From positions 10,919 to 74,918 of the forward strand of contig CAVZDL010000016.1 in the NCBI GenBank assembly GCA_963774025.1: DNA of 64,000 nucleotides, read 5' to 3'. The notes beneath the pieces were generated by a model. That model had not been told where the DNA came from and did no database searches. It was given only the letters and a program-made list of their open reading frames with translations. Shown here piece by piece: positions 45,138 to 54,447 of this stretch. The translations under genes were made by a program, and so were the position numbers. Positions within the stretch are counted from its first letter, which is position 1; each line of letters opens with the position of its first letter. This DNA comes from an uncultured Conexibacteraceae bacterium. GTDB lineage: Bacteria; Actinomycetota; Thermoleophilia; Solirubrobacterales; Solirubrobacteraceae.

Positions 45138-45596
45138 TCAGTCCGGCCTGCTCCAGCCGTCTTCTCCGTGTGACCATGGGACGGCAGAGCCGCGTACGAA
45201 GATGAGGCCGTTTTCATCGAACTCTCCGGGCCACACTCCAACCTTGTTGCTGTCGGGGTAGACCGACACGGCAGGTCCCTGGTCGATCGATAGCAGCAGT
45301 GTGCGTGCGGGAGAGTCGGTCCGATTCATGATCTTGTGGGCTCCGTCAGGCCCTGCCGGAAATCGCACTAGTGCACCAGCCTCGAGCGCGCGCTCCCCGT
45401 CTGGCGTTCGAACTGCGACCGTACCCGCGACAACCAGCAGCCACTCATCGACGTACTCATAGTGATAGGGACAGGAGCTGGTGCCCGGATCGATGTCGTA
45501 TACGTACATGTGGGTTCCGATCCCACCGGCGGCGCGGGCTACGTCGATCCGCCCCGATGTGATGACCGCTTCAAAGATGTTGACCGCTTCAATCAT
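45138..45596 (-). CDS. cupin-domain protein
   Basis: YHYEYVDEWLLVVAGTVAVRTPDGERALEAGALVRFPAGPDGAHK has the two-motif cupin pattern. ATG 45596 is preceded by GGGAG; the track start TTG 45602 is less likely. Confidence 0.75.
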   Translation of the reverse strand: MIEAVNIFEAVITSGRIDVARAAGGIGTHMYVYDIDPGTSSCPYHYEYVDEWLLVVAGTVAVRTPDGERALEAGALVRFPAGPDGAHKIMNRTDSPARTLLLSIDQGPAVSVYPDSNKVGVWPGEFDENGLIFVRGSAVPWSHGEDGWSRPD

Positions 45597-46393
45597 GCGC
45601 AACTCCCGCTTGAGCTTTGTCTCTTGCTCGCATAGCGACCTCCTCGCGTTCTCAGCTGGTGCGGGCTGATCCTCCCACGCACGACCTTCGCCGCGGGAGC
45701 GCGTCTAACGATCGGCGTTGGAGTTCAAACATCTCGCCAATTGAATCGGGCGCTCCATGAGCGGCTCGGCGCGAAGGCGACCGTCGACGGCGTTTATCGG
45801 TCATCAGTGAACCCGCCTCCGGGTCGTTGTCCATCGCAGTGACGCTGGCAGACCGAAGTGCGACAGGAGGCTGCTATCAGCAAACCAGGTGGACACGAAG
45901 AAAATCGGCCGCGGGCTGGTCTTCCTTAGATACGAGCTCGTCCGCTAAGCCCGACAAGCAACGGAAGCTCGTCAGCGTCCAAAGACGCTCGGATTGTGGA
46001 TGCCGCCCGCAGAGCGGGCTTCTAAACCCTTCCGCGAAACGGCGCAAGGCGCTGCAGTCAGACGGCTTGGGCGGTGCGTCGCTAAAGCGCTTGCTTGGTA
46101 GTTCTTATCGGCGAAAACGGTCGCACGGACTTTGCGCCCTGTGTGGATTCAGGTCTTCGTGCTAGCGGCCGACATATGGTTCATGTGCGGTGGGATTTGG
46201 CCGATGATGATCGGCGTAGTGATGGCGGGCATTGATCGCGCACCGGATTCTGTCTCTTGTCGTCCGAGGGCATGCGGGTAGGCGGGCGGATGATCCGATG
46301 AACCGCGAGGCTGGGCAACGGTCGCGAGCCCGCGACGTTTGGCGATGGTGCAGCTTGCTTCCGTGTCTCGGCGCCGTGCCCGGGTGTGTCGTG

Positions 46394-47695
46394 ATGGCCA
46401 GGCGTAGGCGCACACGCTGGGCGTTCAGCCTTGGTGCGGTCACAGCGCTGTGGTTTGTGCTCGGCGCGGTTGCGGGCGCGACCAGTTCGAATGGCGAAGG
46501 CTCGAACACCGCAGACACCGTAGTCGGCCTCGCGGTCCTCGCGCTTTACGTCGTTCAGGTCATCGTGTTGTTCTGCGCGCCCGCCGTGAAGCGGGTCGGC
46601 GGCCAGACGCACCGCCGGGCGGGCTGGCTGTGGTTATCTTTGATCCCTCTGCTTGGCTCTTGGCTACCGGCACTCGCCGGGCTACGCGCCCGCGTCTGGT
46701 GGTGGGTAGCGCTCGGTCTTGGTTGTGAGGGAGTCGCGATCGGCGCGACCGTTCAGCTCGCAAGGTCAAATGACCCCAGCACCGTCTACACGGACAAGCT
46801 AAGTGCCCTGTGGTGGGGCGCCTGGTTAGGGGGCGTGCTCATCTCGATGCTGATCCGTCCGGAGTACCAGCGGCGCGTGCTTGGTACCGCGACCAAGCGC
46901 AACTGGCCGACGCCGACAGACCGGGCACGGGATCTCACCTGGCGCTACCCACTCGGAGCGTACGTTTGCGCGTTGGCTCTGATCGCGGCGATCGTCGCGG
47001 CCGAGAAGGCATCCGAGAACATGGTCTTGGTGGGCGTCGCGGTCATTCTTGGCGAGACGCTGATGATCGCGCTCTTGGTCCCTTTGGTCCGCTCGCGGCG
47101 GCTGCGCCCACGGGATTTCGGACTACGCCGGACGATCCCCACGCCGGGCGCGGGCTATGCCATCCTCGCGCTGATCGGCTACGCGGCGGCGATCTGCATT
47201 TGGATCGCGCTGATCCCGCAGACCACCAACCAGGCAGCGCACAAACTGACCGCGGTCACTCAACACCCGGGCACGCTCGCGGCCGTGCTGATCGTCGTCG
47301 GACTGGCCCTCTTCGCACCACTCTGCGAAGAGGTGTTCTTCCGTGGGGTGCTCTACCGCAGTTTGCGTAACCGGCTATCGCTATGGCCCGCGGTATTGAT
47401 AGCCGGCTCGCTGTTCGGTCTGATCCATATCTTCGCGTACCCGCTGAACACGATCCCGATCAAGATCGTCTTCGGCATCCTCATGTGCCTGCTCTACGAA
47501 CGCACCGGCTCGCTGCTGCCCGGGATCGCGGTGCACTCATTCGTCGACGGCACCGCAGCGGACCTCGCTGTCACCGGCAACGCGTACGCCGCGCTCGGCT
47601 TCTACGGCCTACTCCTAGTCCTAGTGCTCGCGCTGCGCGCCGGGCGCACACGTCCGGTCGCCAATGACTCGCCGGTAAGCGAAAGCCCGCCGTAA
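46394..47695 (+). CDS. CPBP (CAAX) family intramembrane glutamic endopeptidase with long multi-TM N-terminal region
   Basis: Motifs EEVFFRGVLY, FGLIHI and HSFVD. The start is uncertain: the track gives 46232, while ATG 46394 gives MARRRRTRWAFSLGAV... Confidence 0.75.
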   Translation: MARRRRTRWAFSLGAVTALWFVLGAVAGATSSNGEGSNTADTVVGLAVLALYVVQVIVLFCAPAVKRVGGQTHRRAGWLWLSLIPLLGSWLPALAGLRARVWWWVALGLGCEGVAIGATVQLARSNDPSTVYTDKLSALWWGAWLGGVLISMLIRPEYQRRVLGTATKRNWPTPTDRARDLTWRYPLGAYVCALALIAAIVAAEKASENMVLVGVAVILGETLMIALLVPLVRSRRLRPRDFGLRRTIPTPGAGYAILALIGYAAAICIWIALIPQTTNQAAHKLTAVTQHPGTLAAVLIVVGLALFAPLCEEVFFRGVLYRSLRNRLSLWPAVLIAGSLFGLIHIFAYPLNTIPIKIVFGILMCLLYERTGSLLPGIAVHSFVDGTAADLAVTGNAYAALGFYGLLLVLVLALRAGRTRPVANDSPVSESPP

Positions 47696-47930
47696 ACACC
47701 GCGTAGTCACACTCAGCCAGCACACGCAACGCCGACAAGACCTGCCTACCAGCCACACCGGTTACCCGCGCCCCAGTGCCTTTCCCGCAGCAGGATCTCG
47801 GAGGCAACCACAGCTTGTCCTATGAGCGCTCGCGCCGGAGGTAGGCGTCCCGATCGTGAAACCGGTCGCGCGCGGGCAGCGAAGGCTTGGTGGGCTACCT
47901 CTTCGGTGGAGTCTGGAATGCTGTCAGTCG

Positions 47931-48698
47931 ATGAGTCCCCGTCCCTTGGTGTTGGTTCCGGGCGCGTGTCTGGGAGGCTGGGCATGGCGAGATGTCGCCC
48001 ACCAGTTGCGTGCTCGCGGGCATGATGTCTATCCGGTCACGCTCACTGGCCTCGGTGAGCGTGTTCACCTCGCGGACACGAGCGTCGATCTCGACACCCA
48101 TATCGCAGATGTGCTCGGCGTCCTCGATTACGAGAACTTGAGCGACGCCGTGCTCGTCGGCCACAGCTATGCCGGCGTCGTGGTTACCGGTGCGGCGGAT
48201 CGCCGGCCAGAACGACTCGACGCCGTTGTGTACCTGGACTGCTCACCGCTGCCCGACGGTATGGCGATCAGCGACGTACAGACCGCCAAGGACCGGGAGG
48301 CTCAACGCTCCGTCGTCGAGCGCGACGGCGATGGGTGGCGATGGCCCATCCCCGACCGCGCCACGCTGGAGACCGGGCAGTTCGGCAGTACCGCAGGGCT
48401 GACCGACGAACACTTCGCTGCGATCGCGGAACGCGGCACGCCACAGCCCTATGCGACTTTCACCTCACTGCTGCGGCTTGAGCACAAGAGTCCGCCGGGT
48501 GTGAGACGTTCGGTGATCTTCTGCACGGAAGGCGGGATCACCGTCGCCACGGTCAGAGAGCTGATTGGACAGGGAGACACTCGCGCGGCCGCGTTCGCTG
48601 ATCCGGACTGGGACCTGCGTGAACTCCCGACCGGTCACTGGGCGATGTTCTCCGCCCCCGACCAGGTTGCCGACACGCTCCACGACATCGCCGGCTGA
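47931..48698 (+). CDS. alpha/beta-fold hydrolase (esterase-like)
   Basis: Start MSPRPLVLVPGACLGGWAW, nucleophile elbow VGHSYAG, and C-terminal His context LPTGHWAMFS. Confidence 0.8.
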   Translation: MSPRPLVLVPGACLGGWAWRDVAHQLRARGHDVYPVTLTGLGERVHLADTSVDLDTHIADVLGVLDYENLSDAVLVGHSYAGVVVTGAADRRPERLDAVVYLDCSPLPDGMAISDVQTAKDREAQRSVVERDGDGWRWPIPDRATLETGQFGSTAGLTDEHFAAIAERGTPQPYATFTSLLRLEHKSPPGVRRSVIFCTEGGITVATVRELIGQGDTRAAAFADPDWDLRELPTGHWAMFSAPDQVADTLHDIAG

Positions 48699-49033
48699 CT
48701 CCGGTCGGTCGCGAACCACGCAGCGACGCTCGCCGATCAGGACGACGAAGAGATTACGGAGATAGTCGTTCGCGTTTACTCCGAAGGTGCTCGCACCGGC
48801 GTCCGAGGCCCCAGGACCGGCGTGCGTGTCGGCAATCTCGCGGCCGTCCTCAGCGAAGGGCACATCAACGACTTCATCCTCGCCATCACCGCACAGAACG
48901 CGAGCGCCCAGTCGTAAGTCGTCATTGCACTCGTCCGGCGGGCGGTTGGCCGTCTGACGCAAGCAACAGCGGACCGTGTTGATCCGATCGGCAGCCCGGA
49001 GGACACGCCCGACCCGCACGGCCGTGGTGTTGC

Positions 49034-49519
49034 TCACTGTTCGGTGCGCGCTCGGATCTCGGCTAGAAGCCCGCGACAGGCTGCATCGACGATGTCGAGC
49101 ACCTGGTCGAATCCTTCAGGCCCGCCGTAGTAGGGGTCGGGGACATCGAGCTCGCCCGTGTTGACCGACGCCTGGTCGAACTCGCGCAAGCGGCGCACCT
49201 TTGCGCGTCGCGCTGGATTCTCGCCGGCGAGCGCCAGCAGGTCCCGCTGGTTATCAGCGTCGGCAGCGAGGATCAGATCGAAGCTGTCCAGGTCCTCGCG
49301 AGTCACCTGTCGCGCGATGCCGTGCAGATCGATCCCCCGACGCGCAGCCGCCGCCCGGGCGCGCGGATCGGCGCGCTCGCCCACATGCCAGGCACCCGTA
49401 CCGGCGCTGTCGACCTCCACCCTCGAGTCGAGCCCCGCCTCGAGCAGAACATGCCTCATCATCCCCTCGGCCGTCGGAGAGCGGCAGATGTTGCCCATAC
49501 ATACAAACAGCAAACGCAT
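49034..49519 (-). CDS. low-molecular-weight protein-tyrosine phosphatase
   Basis: MRLLFVCMGNICRSP (CX5R(S/T) P-loop) and the DPYYG Asp loop. Confidence 0.9.
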   Translation of the reverse strand: MRLLFVCMGNICRSPTAEGMMRHVLLEAGLDSRVEVDSAGTGAWHVGERADPRARAAAARRGIDLHGIARQVTREDLDSFDLILAADADNQRDLLALAGENPARRAKVRRLREFDQASVNTGELDVPDPYYGGPEGFDQVLDIVDAACRGLLAEIRARTEQ

Positions 49520-49630
49520 CCGTCAGAGTGAAGCGAAACGGCAAGCCTACGTGCTCGATGAAGACCTAAATCCATGCCGGAGCTCGCGCAAAAGCCGACC
49601 GCGGCGCAACGCGTCATCATCCGGTAGCCG

Positions 49631-49996
49631 ATGAACGCCGAGGAGCTTCGCGACTACTGTCTCTCGCTTCTCGGGACCGACGAGGAGTTCCCGTTTGGCC
49701 CAGACACGTCAGTGTTCAAGGTCGCGGGCAAGATCTTCGCGCTCTCGCGACTCTCGCAGTACCCGCTGCGCGTCAGCCTCAAATGCGACCCGTCACTGGC
49801 CGAGGAGCTGCGCAAAGCGCACCCAGCCGTGATCCCGGGATATCACCTCAACAAGCGTCACTGGAACACCGTGATCATCGACGGCTCGCTGTCTGACGAG
49901 ATCATCAGCGACATGGTCGAGGACTCCTACGACCTGATCGTCAGCAAACTGCCGAGGGCGCAACGGAAAGCGCTCAGCTGGCGCACCGATCCCTAA
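49631..49996 (+). CDS. MmcQ/YjbR-family protein
   Basis: 121 aa: LRDYCLSLLGTDEEFPFGPDTSVFKVAGKIFA...GYHLNKRHWNTV. Confidence 0.8.
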   Translation: MNAEELRDYCLSLLGTDEEFPFGPDTSVFKVAGKIFALSRLSQYPLRVSLKCDPSLAEELRKAHPAVIPGYHLNKRHWNTVIIDGSLSDEIISDMVEDSYDLIVSKLPRAQRKALSWRTDP

Positions 49997-50067
49997 GACC
50001 CGGCACCACTCCGTAATCGCTCGCGGGTCGAACCCGTGGGACTGGCTCAGTCCGCGACCCGGCCTGT

Positions 50068-50703
50068 TTAGGCCGGTGGTCGGACCCCGAGATTGCACGC
50101 TGCGTCCGCCTGCGCGAACGCCGGTGACCGCATGGCGAGCGCGGACGGGAACACCAGGATCACTCCGCTCATGTCGGTGATCACGCCGCGGCTCGGGGGG
50201 TTGGACGGCATACGAGAACTAGGGTCGGGGAAATCGTGGATGCCGCGCTTGCGCATGCACTGCGAGATCTTCAGCATCGACGCGAGCGCGTGAGCGGAAG
50301 GGTGTGTCGCCGAGCCGGGGGCCGGGGGGCCGCCACCGGGCAGGAGCTTGTGGCACGTCGCCTGGGCCGCCACGAACGCGGGCGAAGACGGATCCACGGG
50401 CATCATGAACCTCCCGTCATTCGTGCTCGGGTCCGGGAAGTTGGGCATGCCGTGCTCCCTCATGCACGCCACGTACTTCAGCGACTGGGAGAGGAAGGTA
50501 GGCGATCCCGGGTCGATCGAGCCGGAACCGGTCGACCCGGAACCGGCTGTCGGGGTGGCCGCCCCACCTAAGTGCGCCACACTCGTGCCGCTTGAGCTGC
50601 CACCGCAAGCTGCGAGCAGCAAGACGACGGCAACCGCGATGACGGACGTGGCAATGAGTGTGCGGTGACGCATGCCGGACGGTCCCTTGATCGGGGCTCT
50701 CAT
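50068..50703 (-). CDS. lipoprotein of the duplicated 2-Cys 'CMRxHG' family (copy C)
   Basis: Lipobox LLLAACGGS. Modules YVACMREHGMPNFPDP...SPAFVAAQATC and ISQCMRKRGIHDFPDP...SPAFAQADAAC. The start is either 50703 or the inner M at 50673. Confidence 0.7.
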   Translation of the reverse strand: MRAPIKGPSGMRHRTLIATSVIAVAVVLLLAACGGSSSGTSVAHLGGAATPTAGSGSTGSGSIDPGSPTFLSQSLKYVACMREHGMPNFPDPSTNDGRFMMPVDPSSPAFVAAQATCHKLLPGGGPPAPGSATHPSAHALASMLKISQCMRKRGIHDFPDPSSRMPSNPPSRGVITDMSGVILVFPSALAMRSPAFAQADAACNLGVRPPA

Positions 50704-50962
50704 GACCTGATCAGTCAGGGTGCAAGACAGAACGGTCGTGAGCGTACCGCGGCCGGCTATACGCCGGTAACGTTAGGTGTCATATTGCTGTCACCCGCAC
50801 TGCAACATCGTCGGTGCCGCGAAGAAGCGGAGCCACGAACGTCTCCCGTCAGGTTGTCGCGAACTGAATCGCCTGCGCCGCCAGCAAACGAGGCCTCGCA
50901 GCAGAGCGGTCGAACCTGCGACTCACGTATCGAAGTCATGTGAGAGACTCAGCCCGATTCCC

Positions 50963-52981
50963 ATGGCAAACAAGGCGCTGCAGCCGGTTGATCTCAGCAT
51001 TCTTCGGTGGGCCGGTGACGCCCAGCTGTCGTCGGACGGCGCCCAAGTCGCCTGGGTTGAGACCGCACTGAGCCTTGAGCTTGACAGGCCGGTCGCCAAC
51101 ATCATGGTGGCGCCAAGCGCGGGCGGAGCTCCTCGCCGCTTCACCGAGGGACCGGGCGACAGCGCACCGAGGTGGTCCCCCGACGGCCGATATCTCGCGT
51201 ACGTATCTGTGATCGACGACTCGCCCGTGCTTCACCTTGCGCCGTTGGCTGGTGGGGTTCCGCTCAGGGTGGAGACGCCCGGACCGGTGGGGTCCGTGGC
51301 GTGGTCGGCGTCCGGGGACTCGCTGGTGCTGGTGGTCACCGTGATCGCAGACAAGCCTGCGACGGATGACCCCACGGTCAAGAACGCGCCAAAGCTGGTC
51401 CGCGGCATGGCCAACCGGCTCGACGGCCGCGGCTACCTCGCCGGCCGTGATCAGCTCTTCATCTACACCGTCGAGGACCGTTCGTTGCGGCAGTTGACCT
51501 CGGGTGACTACGACCACAGGCAACCCTGCTGGTCGCCGGACGGCACCACGATCGCATGCTTCTCAGACCGTACGCGCCACCGCAACGACGACTGGATGTT
51601 CTCGGACCTCTGGCTGATCCCCACAGGAGGTGGCCGATCCAGGAAGGTCGCGTCCCGGGTGAGCGAGGCGACAGGCCCGTTGTTCTCGCCTGACGGCAAA
51701 CGCATCGCGTTTGTCGGGGCAGTCGGATCTGCACGGATGCTAGGGCGCAATCCACGCCTGCTCGTGATTTCAGCCGACGGTTCAGGCCCGCCGGTCCCGG
51801 TGGCCCCCGATCTCGACCGGCCAGTCATGGCGTGGTTCCCGGTGGGCAACTTCGCGTGGTTGTCGAACCGCGAGTTACTGTTCAACGTCGTCGATCATGG
51901 CACCATCAGCCTGCAGCGCGCCAGGCTCGGGGAGCGGGGCTCGCGGGCCGTAGTCGCTGGTGACCTGCAGGTCACCAGCGTCACAGTCGCCAAACGCGGT
52001 GGCAGGCTCCTGGCGGCGTTCACCGCCACCTGGGTCGATAAACCGGCTGAGGTCCACTGCCTCGACCTCAACGCGGACGGCGGCCGCAGCCGCCAGCTCA
52101 GCGACGCCGGCAAAGGCCTGCTCGATGCGGTTGACCTCCTGCCGGCCAAGCGTTTCAGTGTCAAGGCGCGAGACGGCAAGGAGATCGAGTACTTCATCAT
52201 CAGCCCACGTTCCCCTCAAGGCGTGCCGCCGATGTTCCTCGAGATCCACGGTGGCCCGCATGGCTGGAACCCGTTCGAACTCGCGTTTCACAGCTACCAG
52301 GTACTCGCGGCCGCCGGGTACGCCGTCGTGCTGCCGAACCCCCGAGGCAGCATTGGCTACGGAGAGAAGTTCGCGCTGGCGGTCAACGGGGATTGGGGAG
52401 GCGAGGACTACCACGACCTATTGGCCTGCGCGGACGATGTGATCCGTCGCGGGCTGGGAGACGAGGAGCGCCAGTTCGTCGGCGGATATTCCTATGGTGG
52501 CTACATGTCGGCCTGGATGGTGGGCCACACCGACCGCTTCAAGGCGGCGTGTGTGGGTGCGCCCGTGATCGACCTCGTGGCCGAATTTGGAGCCGGGGAT
52601 GTCGGCCCGTTGATCGCTGAGAACGTGGGAGGCGATCCGTGGGATCCGAGCGGCGTCCTGCAGGAGCGCTCACCGCTCACGCACCTTCCCAATGTCAAGA
52701 CACCAGTGTTTCTCTACGTCTTTGAGGGCGACCTCCGCTGCCCGCCCGACCAGGCGGACGCGTTCTTCACCGGCCTGCGTTGGCACCGCAAGGAAGTCGA
52801 GTACGTGCGCTACCCAGGCGGGTCGCACATGTCAGCAGCCGACCTCGCCGCACCTCCCTCGCAGAGTGAAGATCGCCTAAACCGCATGCTCGACTTTTTA
52901 AGCCACCACCGTGGCGTCAAAACGAAGCGTGGCGCGGCGGCCACCAAGCCGGCGCGTCAGCGGCGTAACCCGACCGGCTGA
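50963..52981 (+). CDS. S9-family serine peptidase (prolyl oligopeptidase / acylaminoacyl-peptidase type)
   Basis: Start MANKALQPVDLS at ATG 50963. Beta-propeller WSPDG repeats (RWSPDGRYLAYV, CWSPDGTTIA, LFSPDGKRIAF). Catalytic Ser in GGYSYGGYM, and an Asp/His region near the C-terminus. Confidence 0.88.
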   Translation: MANKALQPVDLSILRWAGDAQLSSDGAQVAWVETALSLELDRPVANIMVAPSAGGAPRRFTEGPGDSAPRWSPDGRYLAYVSVIDDSPVLHLAPLAGGVPLRVETPGPVGSVAWSASGDSLVLVVTVIADKPATDDPTVKNAPKLVRGMANRLDGRGYLAGRDQLFIYTVEDRSLRQLTSGDYDHRQPCWSPDGTTIACFSDRTRHRNDDWMFSDLWLIPTGGGRSRKVASRVSEATGPLFSPDGKRIAFVGAVGSARMLGRNPRLLVISADGSGPPVPVAPDLDRPVMAWFPVGNFAWLSNRELLFNVVDHGTISLQRARLGERGSRAVVAGDLQVTSVTVAKRGGRLLAAFTATWVDKPAEVHCLDLNADGGRSRQLSDAGKGLLDAVDLLPAKRFSVKARDGKEIEYFIISPRSPQGVPPMFLEIHGGPHGWNPFELAFHSYQVLAAAGYAVVLPNPRGSIGYGEKFALAVNGDWGGEDYHDLLACADDVIRRGLGDEERQFVGGYSYGGYMSAWMVGHTDRFKAACVGAPVIDLVAEFGAGDVGPLIAENVGGDPWDPSGVLQERSPLTHLPNVKTPVFLYVFEGDLRCPPDQADAFFTGLRWHRKEVEYVRYPGGSHMSAADLAAPPSQSEDRLNRMLDFLSHHRGVKTKRGAAATKPARQRRNPTG

Positions 52982-53162
52982 GCCGCGTTGGATCGACGAC
53001 CCAAATCGATTTTGCCGGCAGCCCTGAAGCGACGCTGCTGCGCCGACTCGGGCCGGACCGTGCGTCACCGTCTGCTCGGCGTCTTGTGCCTGATGTCGCG
53101 CACCACCGGTCGTAAGATCGGTTAGGTCCACGGCAACTCGCTCGTGAAGCTGCCCGAAGCTA

Positions 53163-54422
53163 TCAGCCCTTCTGATCTGCCCGCACCCTCTTGGCAAGCA
53201 CCTGCAACAGCGCCCACGCGATCGCGGCGTTCTCCTTGACCAGCGGTTGGAAGTCCCAGTAGGTGAGGCCGTGACAGACCAGCTCACCGACCGCGGTGAC
53301 GGTCGCTGCACGCTCCCCGCCGTCAATCAGGGCGATCTCCCCGAAGAAGTCCCCGGCCTTCATCCCTGGCCGCGGCTGGCCGCCGACCGTGACCGCGGCT
53401 TCGCCTGACTCAATCAGGAAGAACGCGGCGCCCCCGGACCCTTCCTTGGTGACGGTCTCGCCCGCGGCGAACCTCCGCTCTTTGAACAGGCTCTGGACCT
53501 CGGCGAGGTCCTCCGTGCTGAGACCGGCGAACAGCGGGATCTGTCTGAGCTCTTCGAGCGGCAGTGCAGGCACAGGTGCAGCCGTCGGCGTCGGTGACGC
53601 GTCCTCCCCGCCGCCGCGCGTCACCGCGCGGCACTGCAGCAGGTACAGCTGACCGCCGGCGATCGCCCATTCGATGTCGCGGCCAGGTCCATATACCTCC
53701 TCACAGCGAGCTGCCAGCCGACTCAAGGCTCCGAGTTGCTGGTCGTCGAGGCAGAGGCTCTCGACCAGCTCGGAGGCGACTCGCTCCTCAACGGTGCCGC
53801 CGTCGGGCAGCGAGCGGACACGGATCTTCTTGTAGCCGACGACCCGCTCGAGCACCTCGCCTGAGCGGCCGACGCGGTACGTGTCGGGTATCACCCGGCC
53901 CGCTACCACCACCTCGCCGAGACCCCAGCTAGCCTCGATCAGCCGCTCGTCGACCCCGTTGATCGGGTTGCGCGTAAACATCACTCCCGCGGACTCGGGA
54001 TCGAGCAGCGACTGGACCACTACCGCGATGCTCGGGCGCGTGAAGAGCCCTACCCGCTGCCGGTACGTGATTGCGGAGTCAGAGTTAGCAGACCACCAGA
54101 TCTCCTTCAGTGCGGCGGTCAGCTCGCGCGTCGACGGCACGTTCAGCAGTGTCATGTGCTGGCCGGCGAAGCTCGCGTCGGCGCCGTCCTCGTCAACGGC
54201 GGAGGATCGCACGGCGTACGGCCCGCTGAGCGGGCCGACCGTCTGCAGAACCTCAGCGATCGAGCCCTCCTCGCCCTCAGCGACCGCCTCGACGATATCT
54301 CCGGACAGCGCGAAACCGGGCGGGATCGGCAGGCCACCGCGCGCCGCGTCACCGAGCCCCACGGCTTTGGATCCGTACTGCCCGGTGTCGTGCGCCTCCT
54401 CAAGGCCCACGACAGCCTTCAT
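53163..54422 (-). CDS. PEP/pyruvate-binding (PPDK_N-type ATP-grasp) domain fused to a C-terminal cyclic-nucleotide-binding domain
   Basis: Start MKAVVGLEEAHDTGQYGSKAVGLGDAARGGLPIPPGF at ATG 54422 (GAGGG 8 nt upstream). Contains VRSSAVDEDGADASFAGQH and GRDIEWAIAGGQLYLLQCR. The C-terminal part reads IPLFAGLSTEDL...FFLIESGEA...GDFFGEIALIDGGERAATVTA (CAP-type cNMP fold). Confidence 0.75.
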   Translation of the reverse strand: MKAVVGLEEAHDTGQYGSKAVGLGDAARGGLPIPPGFALSGDIVEAVAEGEEGSIAEVLQTVGPLSGPYAVRSSAVDEDGADASFAGQHMTLLNVPSTRELTAALKEIWWSANSDSAITYRQRVGLFTRPSIAVVVQSLLDPESAGVMFTRNPINGVDERLIEASWGLGEVVVAGRVIPDTYRVGRSGEVLERVVGYKKIRVRSLPDGGTVEERVASELVESLCLDDQQLGALSRLAARCEEVYGPGRDIEWAIAGGQLYLLQCRAVTRGGGEDASPTPTAAPVPALPLEELRQIPLFAGLSTEDLAEVQSLFKERRFAAGETVTKEGSGGAAFFLIESGEAAVTVGGQPRPGMKAGDFFGEIALIDGGERAATVTAVGELVCHGLTYWDFQPLVKENAAIAWALLQVLAKRVRADQKG

Positions 54423-54447
54423 TCGACAGCCCTCACAAGACTCGGAC

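Noticed and set aside
48465-49037. 190-aa minus-strand ORF between the hydrolase and the LMW-PTP gene, and the 335-nt gap 48699..49033
   Set aside because: The ORF overlaps about 230 nt of the well-supported alpha/beta hydrolase in antisense and has no motif. The gap may hold a gene remnant, but I could not support any call.
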